A DNA stretch of 44,694 nt from Candidatus Roizmanbacteria bacterium RIFCSPLOWO2_01_FULL_40_14 (GTDB taxonomy: Bacteria; Patescibacteriota; Microgenomatia; GCA-001788215; 2-01-FULL-40-14): assembly GCA_001788215.1 (NCBI GenBank), contig MGAO01000032.1:184-44877 (forward strand), read 5' to 3'. Each line of letters begins with the position of its first letter. Positions within the stretch are counted from its first letter, which is position 1. Below the pieces are notes generated by a model. That model saw only the letters and a program-made list of their open reading frames with translations. It ran no database searches and was not told the DNA's origin. This document shows, in pieces, positions 1 to 9,478 of the stretch. Both the position numbers and the translations under genes were made by a program.

Positions 1-155
1 CGATCGGAAAAGGTGCCGTCGTTGCAGCCGGAGCAGTTGTGAGTAAAGACGTTGCACCATTTACCGTCGTGGGGGGCGTTCCCGCGGTAAAAATAAGAGA
101 CAGAAAGTTAAAAAATCCTCTGTATACATTAGGTCGTGTCCGCATGTTTCAGTGA
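1..155 (+). CDS. 3' end of a hexapeptide-repeat (left-handed beta-helix) sugar O-acetyltransferase, truncated by the window edge
   Basis: Reading from nt 3 gives IGKGAVVAAGAVVSKDVAPFTVVGGVPAVKIRDRKL..., a typical LbH acetyltransferase C-terminus. The TGA at 153-155 overlaps the GTG start of the next gene (GTGA). Confidence 0.6.
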   Translation, partial: IGKGAVVAAGAVVSKDVAPFTVVGGVPAVKIRDRKLKNPLYTLGRVRMFQ

Positions 156-1033
156 CGGATCTTACTATCATTATTGTCAATTACTACACCAACAAGCTTC
201 TTGAGAAGTGTATTTCTTCAATTGTTCATTCGAATCCACAGATGAATTATGAAATCATCGTGGTCGATAATGGATCGAAATCAGATATCAGTTATCAGAT
301 ATCAGTTTTCAGAAAATACAACAAAAAAATATCTATATCATTAATTCAAAACAAAGAGAACGTGGGGTTTGGAAAAGCAGATAATCAGGCGGCTAAACAG
401 GCAAAAGGGGAATATATTTTATTTCTGAATGTTGATACAGAAGTGCTGGACGATTCTATAACGAAACTATTTGAATTTGTTCGGGATACTCCGAACGTTT
501 CAGTTGCCGGCGCTAAGTTGTTAAATGTAGATAAAACAGATCAGCCATCGTGCGGGCCATTTTACTCGGTGCCGGTCACCTTCGGCATGCTGTTTTTAAA
601 GGGTGATCATATTGGTCTGACACGCTGGTCACCTAATTACGTGAAACAAGTAGACTGGATATCAGGTGCGTGCATGCTCATGAAGAAGAAAACTTTTGAA
701 TCCCTGGGAGGATTTGATGAAGGGATATTTATGTATATGGAGGAGATTGAGTTTCTGCATCGGGCTAAAAATAAACAATATCAAACATATTTTTATCCGG
801 ACGCCCGTATGGTACACATCGGTGCGGCGGCAAGTGGATCGAAGAAAACACCGGTACTGAATATTTATCGCGGTCTTTTGTATTATTATCAAAAACATCG
901 ATCGCCGGGGGAGTTGCTGTTGTTAAAGCTCATGTTAAAGACAAAAGCCGCCATTTCATATATACTGGGTGTTCTAGCCAATAATTCATATTTGCGCGAA
1001 ACGTATGCAAAAGCTTATACAGTGGTGGGATAA
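152..1033 (+). CDS. Family 2 glycosyltransferase (GT-A fold)
   Basis: IIIVNYYT...VVDNGS...ENVGFGKADN...YILFLNVDTEV motifs. GTG start overlaps the upstream stop. Confidence 0.9.
   Translation: MTDLTIIIVNYYTNKLLEKCISSIVHSNPQMNYEIIVVDNGSKSDISYQISVFRKYNKKISISLIQNKENVGFGKADNQAAKQAKGEYILFLNVDTEVLDDSITKLFEFVRDTPNVSVAGAKLLNVDKTDQPSCGPFYSVPVTFGMLFLKGDHIGLTRWSPNYVKQVDWISGACMLMKKKTFESLGGFDEGIFMYMEEIEFLHRAKNKQYQTYFYPDARMVHIGAAASGSKKTPVLNIYRGLLYYYQKHRSPGELLLLKLMLKTKAAISYILGVLANNSYLRETYAKAYTVVG
281..312. repeat. 14-bp tandem duplication TCAGATATCAGTT(A/T) x2.3 inside the GT2 gene
   Basis: TCAGATATCAGTTA TCAGATATCAGTTT TCAG, encoding SDISYQISVF. Confidence 0.8.
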
Positions 1034-4000
1034 GTATGTGCTGAAATTCGGAGTTCTGTTTCTGCTGATCTTCATACCGCTTTTTCCAAAAATCCCTCTA
1101 TTACCGCAATTGTTTGATATACGACAAACCTGGCAGTATATCCGCTTGGACGATATCGTGGTCGCCTTGCTTGCGGGCATATTTGTTATCGAGACGATAA
1201 AGCGGAGAACTACCATAAAAAGCCCTCTTTCAATCCCAATTGTCGTGTACTGGATTATCGGAGCATTATCAGTTGTTCATGCATTACTGTTTATGGTTGG
1301 TACTGTTCCTCACCTATTTTCCCATCTTGTCATATTTCACTACCTGCGACGCATAGAATATCTGATTCTCTTTTTTATTTCGTTCAGCAGTATCAAAAGC
1401 AAGAAAGATGTACAGCACTATATCTTTGCATTTCTCATTGCATTTATTGCAATTATGCTCTACGGATATGGACAAAAATTACTGCCCGCCACTGTTCCTG
1501 CATTTCCAACGATGAATGAAGAGTTTGCGAAAGGAGATCCGATATACCTCGATACCGATTCACGCATCATATCATCATTTGCAGGTCACTATGATCTCGC
1601 AGCGTATCTGGTATTTACCTTGGCAATAATCGGTAGTTTTTTTCTTGGTCTGCCAAATGCGGTAAAAAAGATCAGCCTAGCAGTACTGGGTATATCGGGA
1701 TTGGTACTCATGATGTTTACTAAATCCCGCGTTTCATTCAGCGCTTTTATTGTTTCAATTATTGTATTGTTGCTCCTGCATAAAAAAAAGTGGTTGATTG
1801 CGCCGCTTGTAGTATTGGGGTTTGCATCTCTTTTTTTTGGCGGAGGACTGTCGGATCGGTTCGGAAAAACGGTCCGCGTCGAACCCGTCGTTTACCAACT
1901 TCCACAGGAAAAACCTCTGGCAACGCTTGAAGATTTCATCAGGGTTACACCTACACCTTACGAAGAATTGCCATTGGGTAGTGGATATTTGGATGCGCCC
2001 TTTCTTGAGAGATTTGGGGAGCCATATACGGTAGAGCTGATCAATTACTCAGAAGCAACTTCCTCCGCAGTCCCTTTGCCGCGTACCTATCTCGTTAAGC
2101 AAACAATGGTTTACGACATATCGTTAACAACGAGGATTCAGGGGCAATGGCCGCGCGCCGTCGAAGCACTCAAACGGAATATCCTGCTCGGAAGCGGGTA
2201 CTCTGCTCTGGGGGCGGCAACTGACGGAGATTATTTCAGGATGCTGGGAGAAACGGGTATGTTAGGGACCATCAGTTTTTTAAGCATCTTTGTCCTTTTC
2301 TTCCTGATAGTCGCCAGCTATCTTAAGCATGAAAAAGATCCGTTTTTACGATCATTTGTTATTGGAGTGTCCGCAGGACTGAGCGGGCTTTTTGTTAATG
2401 CAATTTTTATAGATATTTTTGAGGCTTCCAAAATAGCATACGTGATGTGGATGACGATAGGAGTTGTTACTGCTCTGATTGTTTTAAAAACTAACGATGC
2501 ATCAATTCCCTGGAAGGACTTAAGGACTTTTTTCAAGAGCACACCTGTTGCGATAGGGATTATGTTGTTGGTCAGCATACTTCTTTTTTACCGTGTTCTT
2601 TTTCACCATTTTTCAGGTGATGATTTTACCTGGCTTAGGTGGGCGATGACAACAACACCGAGTGATATTGTCAGATATTTTGTTGATTCAGATAAATTTT
2701 TTTATCGTCCGCTCACCAAAACTGTTTTCTACTCGTTATATCAGATTTTTGGAAAAGAACAACCTGCGTTATATCATCTGACCAGTCTCGTATTTCATAT
2801 GATCAGTACTTTTCTGGTATATCTGATCGTAAAAATTATTTCCAACAAGAGGTTTATCGCATTTGTAGCTTCTCTGCTATTTTTAATTCACCCCATTCAC
2901 GCTGAAAACATTTTCTGGGTTTCAGGACTATCGAGTGTTATGAGTGGCAGTTTATATTTAGCATCTGTTTATGACATGCTCGTTTTTGATCGTACTAAAA
3001 AATGGCATCGATGGATTTGGTATGGATTGAGCTTGCTTTCATTTGCTTTAGCGCTTTCCTCATATGAAATGTCTATGTCGCTTCCCGGAATTCTTCTGAT
3101 GTACTATATTTTCAAACGTAAATATCGTATGTATGGAGCTGTTATGCCGCGTATTCGATCATTTATATATCGTGCTGTTCTTCCCGTACTACCGCACATG
3201 CTTGTGTTACTCATATATCTCTACGTACGAAACGCTATCGCAGAATCATACTGGATGCAGGGAGATTATAATGTGAATATCGTAAAACTGCCCTTTAATA
3301 TTGTTGGTAATAGTATCGGCTATGTCGGTGAACTATTGGTTGGATTTTCAGCAATTTCCTGGTATGACTATTTAAGAATGACTCTTCGAGAGAATCTTAT
3401 TCTCGCGATGTTTGTTGGAATTAGTCTTATTTCTCTTCTCTTTTTGACCGTAAAGACGATGTTCAAGAATAAAAATCTGCTTTCTTCAGATATACTTATG
3501 TATACCGGCTGGTTTTTTATTTCTCTCGTTCCGGCACTCGGACTGGGTAATATCGCAGAGCGATATTTATATGTCCCTTCGGTTGGCGGTGTTGGCATTA
3601 TTGCAGTGATACTCTATAAAATAGGGCAACGCAGTCTTGTATCAAAAATAGTTGCGTCGATTCTCCTTGGAGGATTAATAAGCATATACACAATCCAGTT
3701 GAGCCATGCAAAGGAAACATGGAGACAAGCAGGAACAATTGCGCATAATGTTATAGAATCAGTATCAGAAGCGCATGTCACGTTTCCCGATGACAGTACG
3801 CTGTATTTTATTAATATTCCCCTTCGTGTCGAACGAGCATGGGTTTTTCCGGTAGGGCTTGATGATGCCATCTGGCTTACCTATCAAAATGATGCGATTA
3901 CTGTTGAGACAGGGCTTGACCTTGAAACTGCTCTTAAGCTGAAAGAGAAAACACCGAACTCATATGTATTTGTCTATAATAATGATACGTTACAAGAAAT

Positions 4001-4037
4001 TGAAGGAACAGGTATTCAAGAACCGCTTAATGAATAG
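1005..4037 (+). CDS. 1010-aa polytopic membrane fusion of an N-terminal O-antigen ligase/polymerase-like (Wzy_C) domain and a C-terminal TMTC/PMT-like GT-C glycosyltransferase domain
   Basis: The N-half has the Wzy_C-type loop RIQGQWPRAVEALKRNILLGSGYSALG...DGDYFRMLGETGMLG. The C-half begins FSGDDFTWLRW...FFYRPLTKTVFYSLYQIFGKEQPALYHLTSLVFH, like the first loop of TMTC/GT39-type GT-C enzymes. There are many TM helices. The start is uncertain (ATG 1005 or GTG 1038). Confidence 0.75.
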   Translation: MQKLIQWWDKYVLKFGVLFLLIFIPLFPKIPLLPQLFDIRQTWQYIRLDDIVVALLAGIFVIETIKRRTTIKSPLSIPIVVYWIIGALSVVHALLFMVGTVPHLFSHLVIFHYLRRIEYLILFFISFSSIKSKKDVQHYIFAFLIAFIAIMLYGYGQKLLPATVPAFPTMNEEFAKGDPIYLDTDSRIISSFAGHYDLAAYLVFTLAIIGSFFLGLPNAVKKISLAVLGISGLVLMMFTKSRVSFSAFIVSIIVLLLLHKKKWLIAPLVVLGFASLFFGGGLSDRFGKTVRVEPVVYQLPQEKPLATLEDFIRVTPTPYEELPLGSGYLDAPFLERFGEPYTVELINYSEATSSAVPLPRTYLVKQTMVYDISLTTRIQGQWPRAVEALKRNILLGSGYSALGAATDGDYFRMLGETGMLGTISFLSIFVLFFLIVASYLKHEKDPFLRSFVIGVSAGLSGLFVNAIFIDIFEASKIAYVMWMTIGVVTALIVLKTNDASIPWKDLRTFFKSTPVAIGIMLLVSILLFYRVLFHHFSGDDFTWLRWAMTTTPSDIVRYFVDSDKFFYRPLTKTVFYSLYQIFGKEQPALYHLTSLVFHMISTFLVYLIVKIISNKRFIAFVASLLFLIHPIHAENIFWVSGLSSVMSGSLYLASVYDMLVFDRTKKWHRWIWYGLSLLSFALALSSYEMSMSLPGILLMYYIFKRKYRMYGAVMPRIRSFIYRAVLPVLPHMLVLLIYLYVRNAIAESYWMQGDYNVNIVKLPFNIVGNSIGYVGELLVGFSAISWYDYLRMTLRENLILAMFVGISLISLLFLTVKTMFKNKNLLSSDILMYTGWFFISLVPALGLGNIAERYLYVPSVGGVGIIAVILYKIGQRSLVSKIVASILLGGLISIYTIQLSHAKETWRQAGTIAHNVIESVSEAHVTFPDDSTLYFINIPLRVERAWVFPVGLDDAIWLTYQNDAITVETGLDLETALKLKEKTPNSYVFVYNNDTLQEIEGTGIQEPLNE

Positions 4038-5589
4038 TAAATTTCTCTTGGTGTTGATTATTATTGTTGCATTTGCAGTTCGATTGTATCGAATAGACAG
4101 TCCTGTGGCAGACTGGCATTCCTGGCGTCAAGCAGACACCTCGGCGGTTACTAGAAATTTCTCCAAATTTGGTTTTAACCCGCTCTTTCCCCGGTATGAC
4201 GATCTTTCAAATATACAAACAGGCGTAGATAATCCTGAGGGGTATCGGTTTGTAGAGTTCCCTGTTTATCAATCTTTCGTGTTTATGCTAAGTAAACTAG
4301 CGGCACCGCTGCCGATTTCTCTGGAAGTATGGCATCGGATAGTATCTATTTTGGCTTCATTGGGGTCTCTCTATTTAATCTACGAGCTGGGCAAGCGATA
4401 TGCCAACGAACGAGTCGGACTGATTTCAGCAGGTTTTTATGCAATCTTGCCGTACTCAATATATTACTCACGCGTTATTCTGCCGGAAGTATTTTTGGGG
4501 TTCTTCATGTTGTTAACGCTCTATTTGTTTAGTAAAGCTATTGTTCCTGTTAACCCTTCCGAGATTCAACATTCATTTGCATCGCTCATATCATTTCTAT
4601 TCCCTAAAAAAAGCTTGTCTGTTCGGTCAGTTGCCGTGTATCCTGAGTTTCTACTCGCATCAGCTATAAGTGCCGCACTAGCACTTCTTATCAAACCAGT
4701 TTCCATTTTCTTTTTACTTCCTATCATTTATTTTTGGTTTCAGTATCTGTTGTTTTCAAGAAAGTATGTGTTATACGGAATAACGTATCTGTTGATTATG
4801 GTTGTTCCTCTGGTGGCATGGAGGCTTTGGATTCAGCAGTTTCCTGAAGGGATACCTGCATGGACGTGGTTATTAAATGGAGACCAAGTACCGTATAACA
4901 ATCTCAAACTATCGGAATGGATATATCATCCTCTTGGCATTCGGTTTAAAGGCGCATTTTTTAGATGGTTGTTTGCTGAACGACTTACAAAACTCATACT
5001 CGGATATAGCGGTGTAGCCTTTTTGGTACTGGGAATATTGGCAAAAAAAGGTATAAAACAAAAACTTTTTTTTCATATGCTCGGTTTAGGAGCGTTACTC
5101 TACATAACCGTGTTTGCGGGAGGAAATGTTCGGCATGATTACTATCAAGTTATTACACTTCCTATCGTTGTTTTGTATGCGGGTATGGGAGTTGATTTTC
5201 TGTTAACCAATAGAAATAGACTATTTGATTCTATAAGTACCTATGCCATGATTGTGGTATTAGTTGGATTTACGCTCGCATTTTCATGGTTTGAAATACG
5301 GGGATATTATTGGATTAATAATCCGGCTATCGTTGAAGCAGGAATACAAGCAGATCAACTGTTGCCAGAACAGGCAAAAGTAATTGCTCCTTACGGAGGC
5401 GATACGGCATTTTTGTATCAAATAAACCGTCAAGGTTGGCCAATCGGGTTTGAAATAGAGGATAAAATTGCCAAAGGAGCCACTCATTATGTCAGCGTTT
5501 CTCCCCAAGATCCTGAAGCGCTCGATCTAAAAGAACGCTATACGGTACTTGCTGAAACTGATTCTTATATCATTATTAATCTGCAATGA
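4030..5589 (+). CDS. GT-C glycosyltransferase, family 39 / ArnT-PMT-like
   Basis: MNSKFLLVLIIIVAFAVRLYRIDSPVADWHSWRQADT... is a typical ArnT/PMT_2 N-terminus, followed by multiple TM helices. ATG 4030 (ATGAATAG overlap with the upstream stop) is preferred over the track start 3964. Confidence 0.8.
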   Translation: MNSKFLLVLIIIVAFAVRLYRIDSPVADWHSWRQADTSAVTRNFSKFGFNPLFPRYDDLSNIQTGVDNPEGYRFVEFPVYQSFVFMLSKLAAPLPISLEVWHRIVSILASLGSLYLIYELGKRYANERVGLISAGFYAILPYSIYYSRVILPEVFLGFFMLLTLYLFSKAIVPVNPSEIQHSFASLISFLFPKKSLSVRSVAVYPEFLLASAISAALALLIKPVSIFFLLPIIYFWFQYLLFSRKYVLYGITYLLIMVVPLVAWRLWIQQFPEGIPAWTWLLNGDQVPYNNLKLSEWIYHPLGIRFKGAFFRWLFAERLTKLILGYSGVAFLVLGILAKKGIKQKLFFHMLGLGALLYITVFAGGNVRHDYYQVITLPIVVLYAGMGVDFLLTNRNRLFDSISTYAMIVVLVGFTLAFSWFEIRGYYWINNPAIVEAGIQADQLLPEQAKVIAPYGGDTAFLYQINRQGWPIGFEIEDKIAKGATHYVSVSPQDPEALDLKERYTVLAETDSYIIINLQ

Positions 5590-6779
5590 AAACCATTTTA
5601 TTCCTTTCATATGATTTGCCCTATCCGTTGGATGCGGGTGGCAAGATCCGTTCATACCATTTAATACGTCAGCTCTCCAAGCAATACAAGGTTCGCTTGC
5701 TCTATTTCTATCGTATTGCTCAGAAAGAGGCATATGAGAGAAAACTTAGTTCTTTTTGTGATGAACTGATTGGTTTTAAACGCAGGCCCGTTAATTCTCT
5801 GGTGACCTTGCGCTATTTAAATAAATACCCATTTCCCGCGGCTTTATATTTAGATCAGAGTGTTGTAGAAAGAGTACAAAAAGAGGTCAATAATGGTATT
5901 GGTGCCCTTCATTTCGAGTCATTTTATACAAGTATGTACATTTCTGAACATATTTCTGTTCCACAAATATTGGGTACAGAAAATATTGAATGGCGTGTCT
6001 ATAAAGACTATGCAAATGTTGAAAAGAATCCCTTGGTCCGTTCTTTCTTTAATTTCGAGGCGAGGAGAATTCAGTCCTTTGAGATTAAAACCTGGCGAAA
6101 AGCAGATCGGTGTCTTGCTGTTTCACCTGAAAATGCCAAAGAAATCCAACAATATGTTGATGTTCCGGTTGATCTTATAAAAAATGGCGTTGATACGAAT
6201 TATTTTGAACCTTCTCAAAAAAAGAATAAATCCAATACTCTCTTGTTTGTTGGAAATTTTAACTATATTCAAAATATAGATGCGGCGAATTATTTACTGA
6301 CGGATATCGCACCGCGTATTCCACCAGAATTTTCTCTTCGTCTGGTGGGAAGAAATCCGACGGCAGAAATTATGGCGCATTTGTCGCAGGCTCAGAAGTT
6401 AAGTAAATGCGACATTACCGTTGATTCGCACGTTGAAGATATTCAAGACGCGTATCAAAATGCATTCGTTTTGGTTGCGCCCTTGCGGACCGGCTCGGGG
6501 ACTAAATTTAAAATACTCGAGGCATTGGCTTCTGGTGTTCCCGTGGTAGCGACGAGACTTGCCGCTGAAGGTATTGACGTTGAACATGAGAAGCATGTCT
6601 TGGTAGCAGATAATCCTGAAAGTATTATTTCCTGTATACAACAGCTTGCGAAGGATAGAAAACTTTATGAAAAACTTGAAAAAAATGGAAGAAAATTAAT
6701 AGAGTTGAAATATAGTTGGGATGCGATAGGAAACGATTTACGAAACGTCTATGAAAAAACTTTCAATCATCATCGTTAA
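5586..6779 (+). CDS. Family 4 (GT-B) glycosyltransferase
   Basis: LLFVGNFNYIQNIDAANYL...PLRTGSGTKFKILEALASGVPVVAT (E-x7-E region). ATGA overlap with the upstream gene. Confidence 0.9.
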   Translation: MKTILFLSYDLPYPLDAGGKIRSYHLIRQLSKQYKVRLLYFYRIAQKEAYERKLSSFCDELIGFKRRPVNSLVTLRYLNKYPFPAALYLDQSVVERVQKEVNNGIGALHFESFYTSMYISEHISVPQILGTENIEWRVYKDYANVEKNPLVRSFFNFEARRIQSFEIKTWRKADRCLAVSPENAKEIQQYVDVPVDLIKNGVDTNYFEPSQKKNKSNTLLFVGNFNYIQNIDAANYLLTDIAPRIPPEFSLRLVGRNPTAEIMAHLSQAQKLSKCDITVDSHVEDIQDAYQNAFVLVAPLRTGSGTKFKILEALASGVPVVATRLAAEGIDVEHEKHVLVADNPESIISCIQQLAKDRKLYEKLEKNGRKLIELKYSWDAIGNDLRNVYEKTFNHHR

Positions 6780-7620
6780 CTACAATACGGAACAATTTCT
6801 CGAAAAGTGTCTTGATTCTTTGGGGAAGATTCCAAATGACTGGGAAGTTATTGTGGTAGATAACGGGTCAAGAAATAGATTTAAGATTAAAGATTTAGGA
6901 TATAAGATTAAAACTATTTACAGTAAAACGAATATGGGCTTTGCAAAAGCGAACAATAGGGGCATTCGTGAATCTTCTGGAAAATTTATTCTTCTTCTCA
7001 ATCCCGATACAATTGTTTCTCAAGATGCGATTAATAGAGTTGTGGATTATTTGGAATCGCATACCGATGTCGGGGTTGCCACGTGTAGAGCTGAATTATT
7101 ATCCGGTGCAATCGACGATGCGAGTCATCGCGGTTTTCCGACCCCATGGAATGCGCTGTGTCATTTTACCGGACTCGGAACATTGTTTCCAAAAAGTGTT
7201 TTGCTGAACGGATATCATCTGGGATATCAACGTATGGATCGCATTCATGAGATTGATGCCTGCGCGGGAGCCTTTATGATGGTTCGAAGAGAGGCGGGAG
7301 ATAAAGTGGGATGGCTCGATGAAGATTATTTTTGGTACGGAGAGGATCTGGACTTTTGTTACCGTATAAAGCAACATGGATTTAAAATAATGTATATCCC
7401 CAATGTTTCAATTACTCACTATAAAGGAGTTGCATCCGGTATAAAAAAACACTCTCAATATATCTCGACTGCCGATTCGCAAATTACTAAACGAGCTCAG
7501 CAGGCTCGGTTTGACGTGATGCGGATATTTTATGAAAAACATTATAAAAACAAATATCCGAGGTTTGTTACTTTTCTCGTCAATATGGGTATTTCTATGC
7601 TTAAGAAGTGGTATGTGTAG
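6751..7620 (+). CDS. Family 2 glycosyltransferase
   Basis: LSIIIVNYNT...VIVVDNGS...NMGFAKANNRG...FILLLNPDT motifs. Confidence 0.9.
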   Translation: MKKLSIIIVNYNTEQFLEKCLDSLGKIPNDWEVIVVDNGSRNRFKIKDLGYKIKTIYSKTNMGFAKANNRGIRESSGKFILLLNPDTIVSQDAINRVVDYLESHTDVGVATCRAELLSGAIDDASHRGFPTPWNALCHFTGLGTLFPKSVLLNGYHLGYQRMDRIHEIDACAGAFMMVRREAGDKVGWLDEDYFWYGEDLDFCYRIKQHGFKIMYIPNVSITHYKGVASGIKKHSQYISTADSQITKRAQQARFDVMRIFYEKHYKNKYPRFVTFLVNMGISMLKKWYV

Positions 7621-7637
7621 AGTAAAATAGCAGAACC

Positions 7638-7958
7638 ATGAAAATAAAAAAATCGCAAGCAGTCATTGAAGATTGGAGTAAGGTTCACAGTCTCAATTAC
7701 AAATTGACGCATATCCAGCCTTATCAGTCTGTGGTCTTTGCTGAGCTTAACGGGGTTCATGGAAGAGTGAAGACAAAAGATCTTGAGAGAATTTATTATA
7801 TTTTAGAGGGTAGCGGTGAATTTGAGATAGCGGGAAAAGTAATTCGGGTTGACACAGGAGATGTGCTGACTGTACCTCCCGACACTTATTATGATTATAA
7901 ACCAGTAGGTTCTAAACCTTTGAAAATTCTGCTCTTTATGGAACTCTGGGACAACTGA
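7638..7958 (+). CDS. Cupin-domain protein (possible sugar epimerase/isomerase-type small cupin)
   Basis: ERIYYILEGSGEFEIAGKVIRVDTGDVLTVPPDTYYDY is a cupin_2-like beta-barrel signature. Confidence 0.7.
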   Translation: MKIKKSQAVIEDWSKVHSLNYKLTHIQPYQSVVFAELNGVHGRVKTKDLERIYYILEGSGEFEIAGKVIRVDTGDVLTVPPDTYYDYKPVGSKPLKILLFMELWDN

Positions 7959-7964
7959 CTATTT

Positions 7965-9041
7965 ATGAGAATCGGTATTGATACACGATTACAAAATGAA
8001 ACAGGAGTTGGTCGGTATATCCGGAATCTTATAACGTATCTTCCCCAACTGGATACGAAAAACGAATATGTTTTTATTAATCCGGATATAAAATGGCATA
8101 CCCTTGAAGAGCAAATTAAAATGCCAGCCGTATTAAATGCCTATAATCTTGATCTGGTGCACATCCCCTACTTTAATGTACCCGTTTTTTATACAAAACC
8201 ATTTGTCGTAACGATACATGACTTGATCGTCAATGAATATCGTACCGGACAGGCAAGTACACAAAATGTTCTTGTATACGGATTGAAACGGATCGGTTAT
8301 CAATACAGTATTAATCATGCCGTTCAAAAATCCTGCGCAATTATCGTTCCTTCTCACGCAACAAAAGATAAACTGATTGAATTGTACCCGCGTGTTCATC
8401 GAAATAAAATATGCGTGACCTATGAAGGAGTTGATCTAAAATCAGCAAACGGCAAACCCTCCGAATCGGAGGGCAAACAGCTAACAGCTAACAGCAGAAT
8501 TACAAACAATAAATTTTTCCTCTATGTCGGCAATGCGTATCCGCACAAAAACGTTGAGACATTGCTGAAAGCCTTTGCACAGCTCAATAATCCTGAGATA
8601 CAATTGGTGATCGTCGGGAAGAAGAACTATTTTACGGATCGATTAACACATAGTATTAAAGAACTGGATATTGCTGACAGAATAATTTTTCCCGGAGAGA
8701 TTCCCGATGCAGAATTGGCATGGCTCTATAAACATGCACAGGCATTAGTTCTTCCCTCTCTCATGGAAGGATTTGGACTGCCGGCTTTGGAGGCTATGCA
8801 GTTTCGCGCAAGTGTCATTGCCAGCGACATTCCCGTGTTTCATGAGATATGCCAGCAGTCGGCATTCTATTTTAATCCCTTCAATGTTGACCAGTTGACG
8901 GCGTTATTGAAGGATATTACCAGTTCTGCCAAAAAATCCGACATGCAAAAGAAAAAAGATTTTGGTGAAAAAAGAGCACGGGAATTCAGCTGGAAAAAAA
9001 TGGTAAATGAGACCATAAAAATATATAATACGTGCCTATGA
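7965..9041 (+). CDS. Family 4 (GT-B) glycosyltransferase
   Basis: MRIGIDTRLQNETGVGRYIRNL...FFLYVGNAYPHKNVETLL...PSLMEGFGLPALEAMQF. The inter-domain linker carries a repeat-derived insert (see 8457-8496). Confidence 0.9.
   Translation: MRIGIDTRLQNETGVGRYIRNLITYLPQLDTKNEYVFINPDIKWHTLEEQIKMPAVLNAYNLDLVHIPYFNVPVFYTKPFVVTIHDLIVNEYRTGQASTQNVLVYGLKRIGYQYSINHAVQKSCAIIVPSHATKDKLIELYPRVHRNKICVTYEGVDLKSANGKPSESEGKQLTANSRITNNKFFLYVGNAYPHKNVETLLKAFAQLNNPEIQLVIVGKKNYFTDRLTHSIKELDIADRIIFPGEIPDAELAWLYKHAQALVLPSLMEGFGLPALEAMQFRASVIASDIPVFHEICQQSAFYFNPFNVDQLTALLKDITSSAKKSDMQKKKDFGEKRAREFSWKKMVNETIKIYNTCL
8457..8496. repeat. GC-rich palindrome CCCTCCGA-A-TCGGAGGG followed by the heptamer tandem ACAGCTA x2.9, in frame inside a GT4 gene
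   Basis: Palindrome at 8457-8473 and ACAGCTAACAGCTAACAGCA at 8477-8496. Together they encode KPSESEGKQLTANS in the inter-domain linker. Confidence 0.8.
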
Positions 9042-9478
9042 AAGAACTTATATATGAACAAATAAAATTTGCCAGTACGGTAGAGGATGTTAGGCAGAGT
9101 GTAGTACGGCTACTCGGGAAATTACGATTGAAAGATGATGTTGAGAGAATTGGCTACGTTTCTGGAATAATCACCTCAGGGGGATCAATTGAGGAAAATA
9201 TTCAACGTCTTATTGCTCATACTGATAGGCTTAGAACTATTCATAATTTTCCAATATTTACACCTCCCGATGTATTTCCAGACGACGTGTTTGAAAGAAC
9301 GAATGCAATTAACCATCCTTCAGAGAAATGGATCGAATTTTGGCGAACAATTCTTGAAAGTGGTCATGTTACTGACATTTTTATGACTCCCCGTTGGCAA
9401 CTGTCAAGAGGAGCTACGGATGAACACGAAACAGCCCAACGGATCGGAATCACTATTCATTATGTCGAAGAAGAGTAA
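9038..9478 (+). CDS. Hypothetical protein, possibly DUF4406 / nucleoside 2-deoxyribosyltransferase-like fold
   Basis: GYVSGIITSGG...W...GHVTDIFMTPRWQLSRGATDEHETAQRIGITIHYV resembles the DUF4406 pattern. ATG 9038 gives an ATGA overlap with the upstream stop. Confidence 0.45.
   Translation: MKELIYEQIKFASTVEDVRQSVVRLLGKLRLKDDVERIGYVSGIITSGGSIEENIQRLIAHTDRLRTIHNFPIFTPPDVFPDDVFERTNAINHPSEKWIEFWRTILESGHVTDIFMTPRWQLSRGATDEHETAQRIGITIHYVEEE

Noticed and set aside
5893-6180. Nested or overlapping small ORFs inside larger genes (for example 5893-6180, 6941-7207, 21202-21570 and 42290-42556)
   Set aside because: All lie out of frame within CDSs that carry strong family motifs. They have no independent start signals or recognisable domains.
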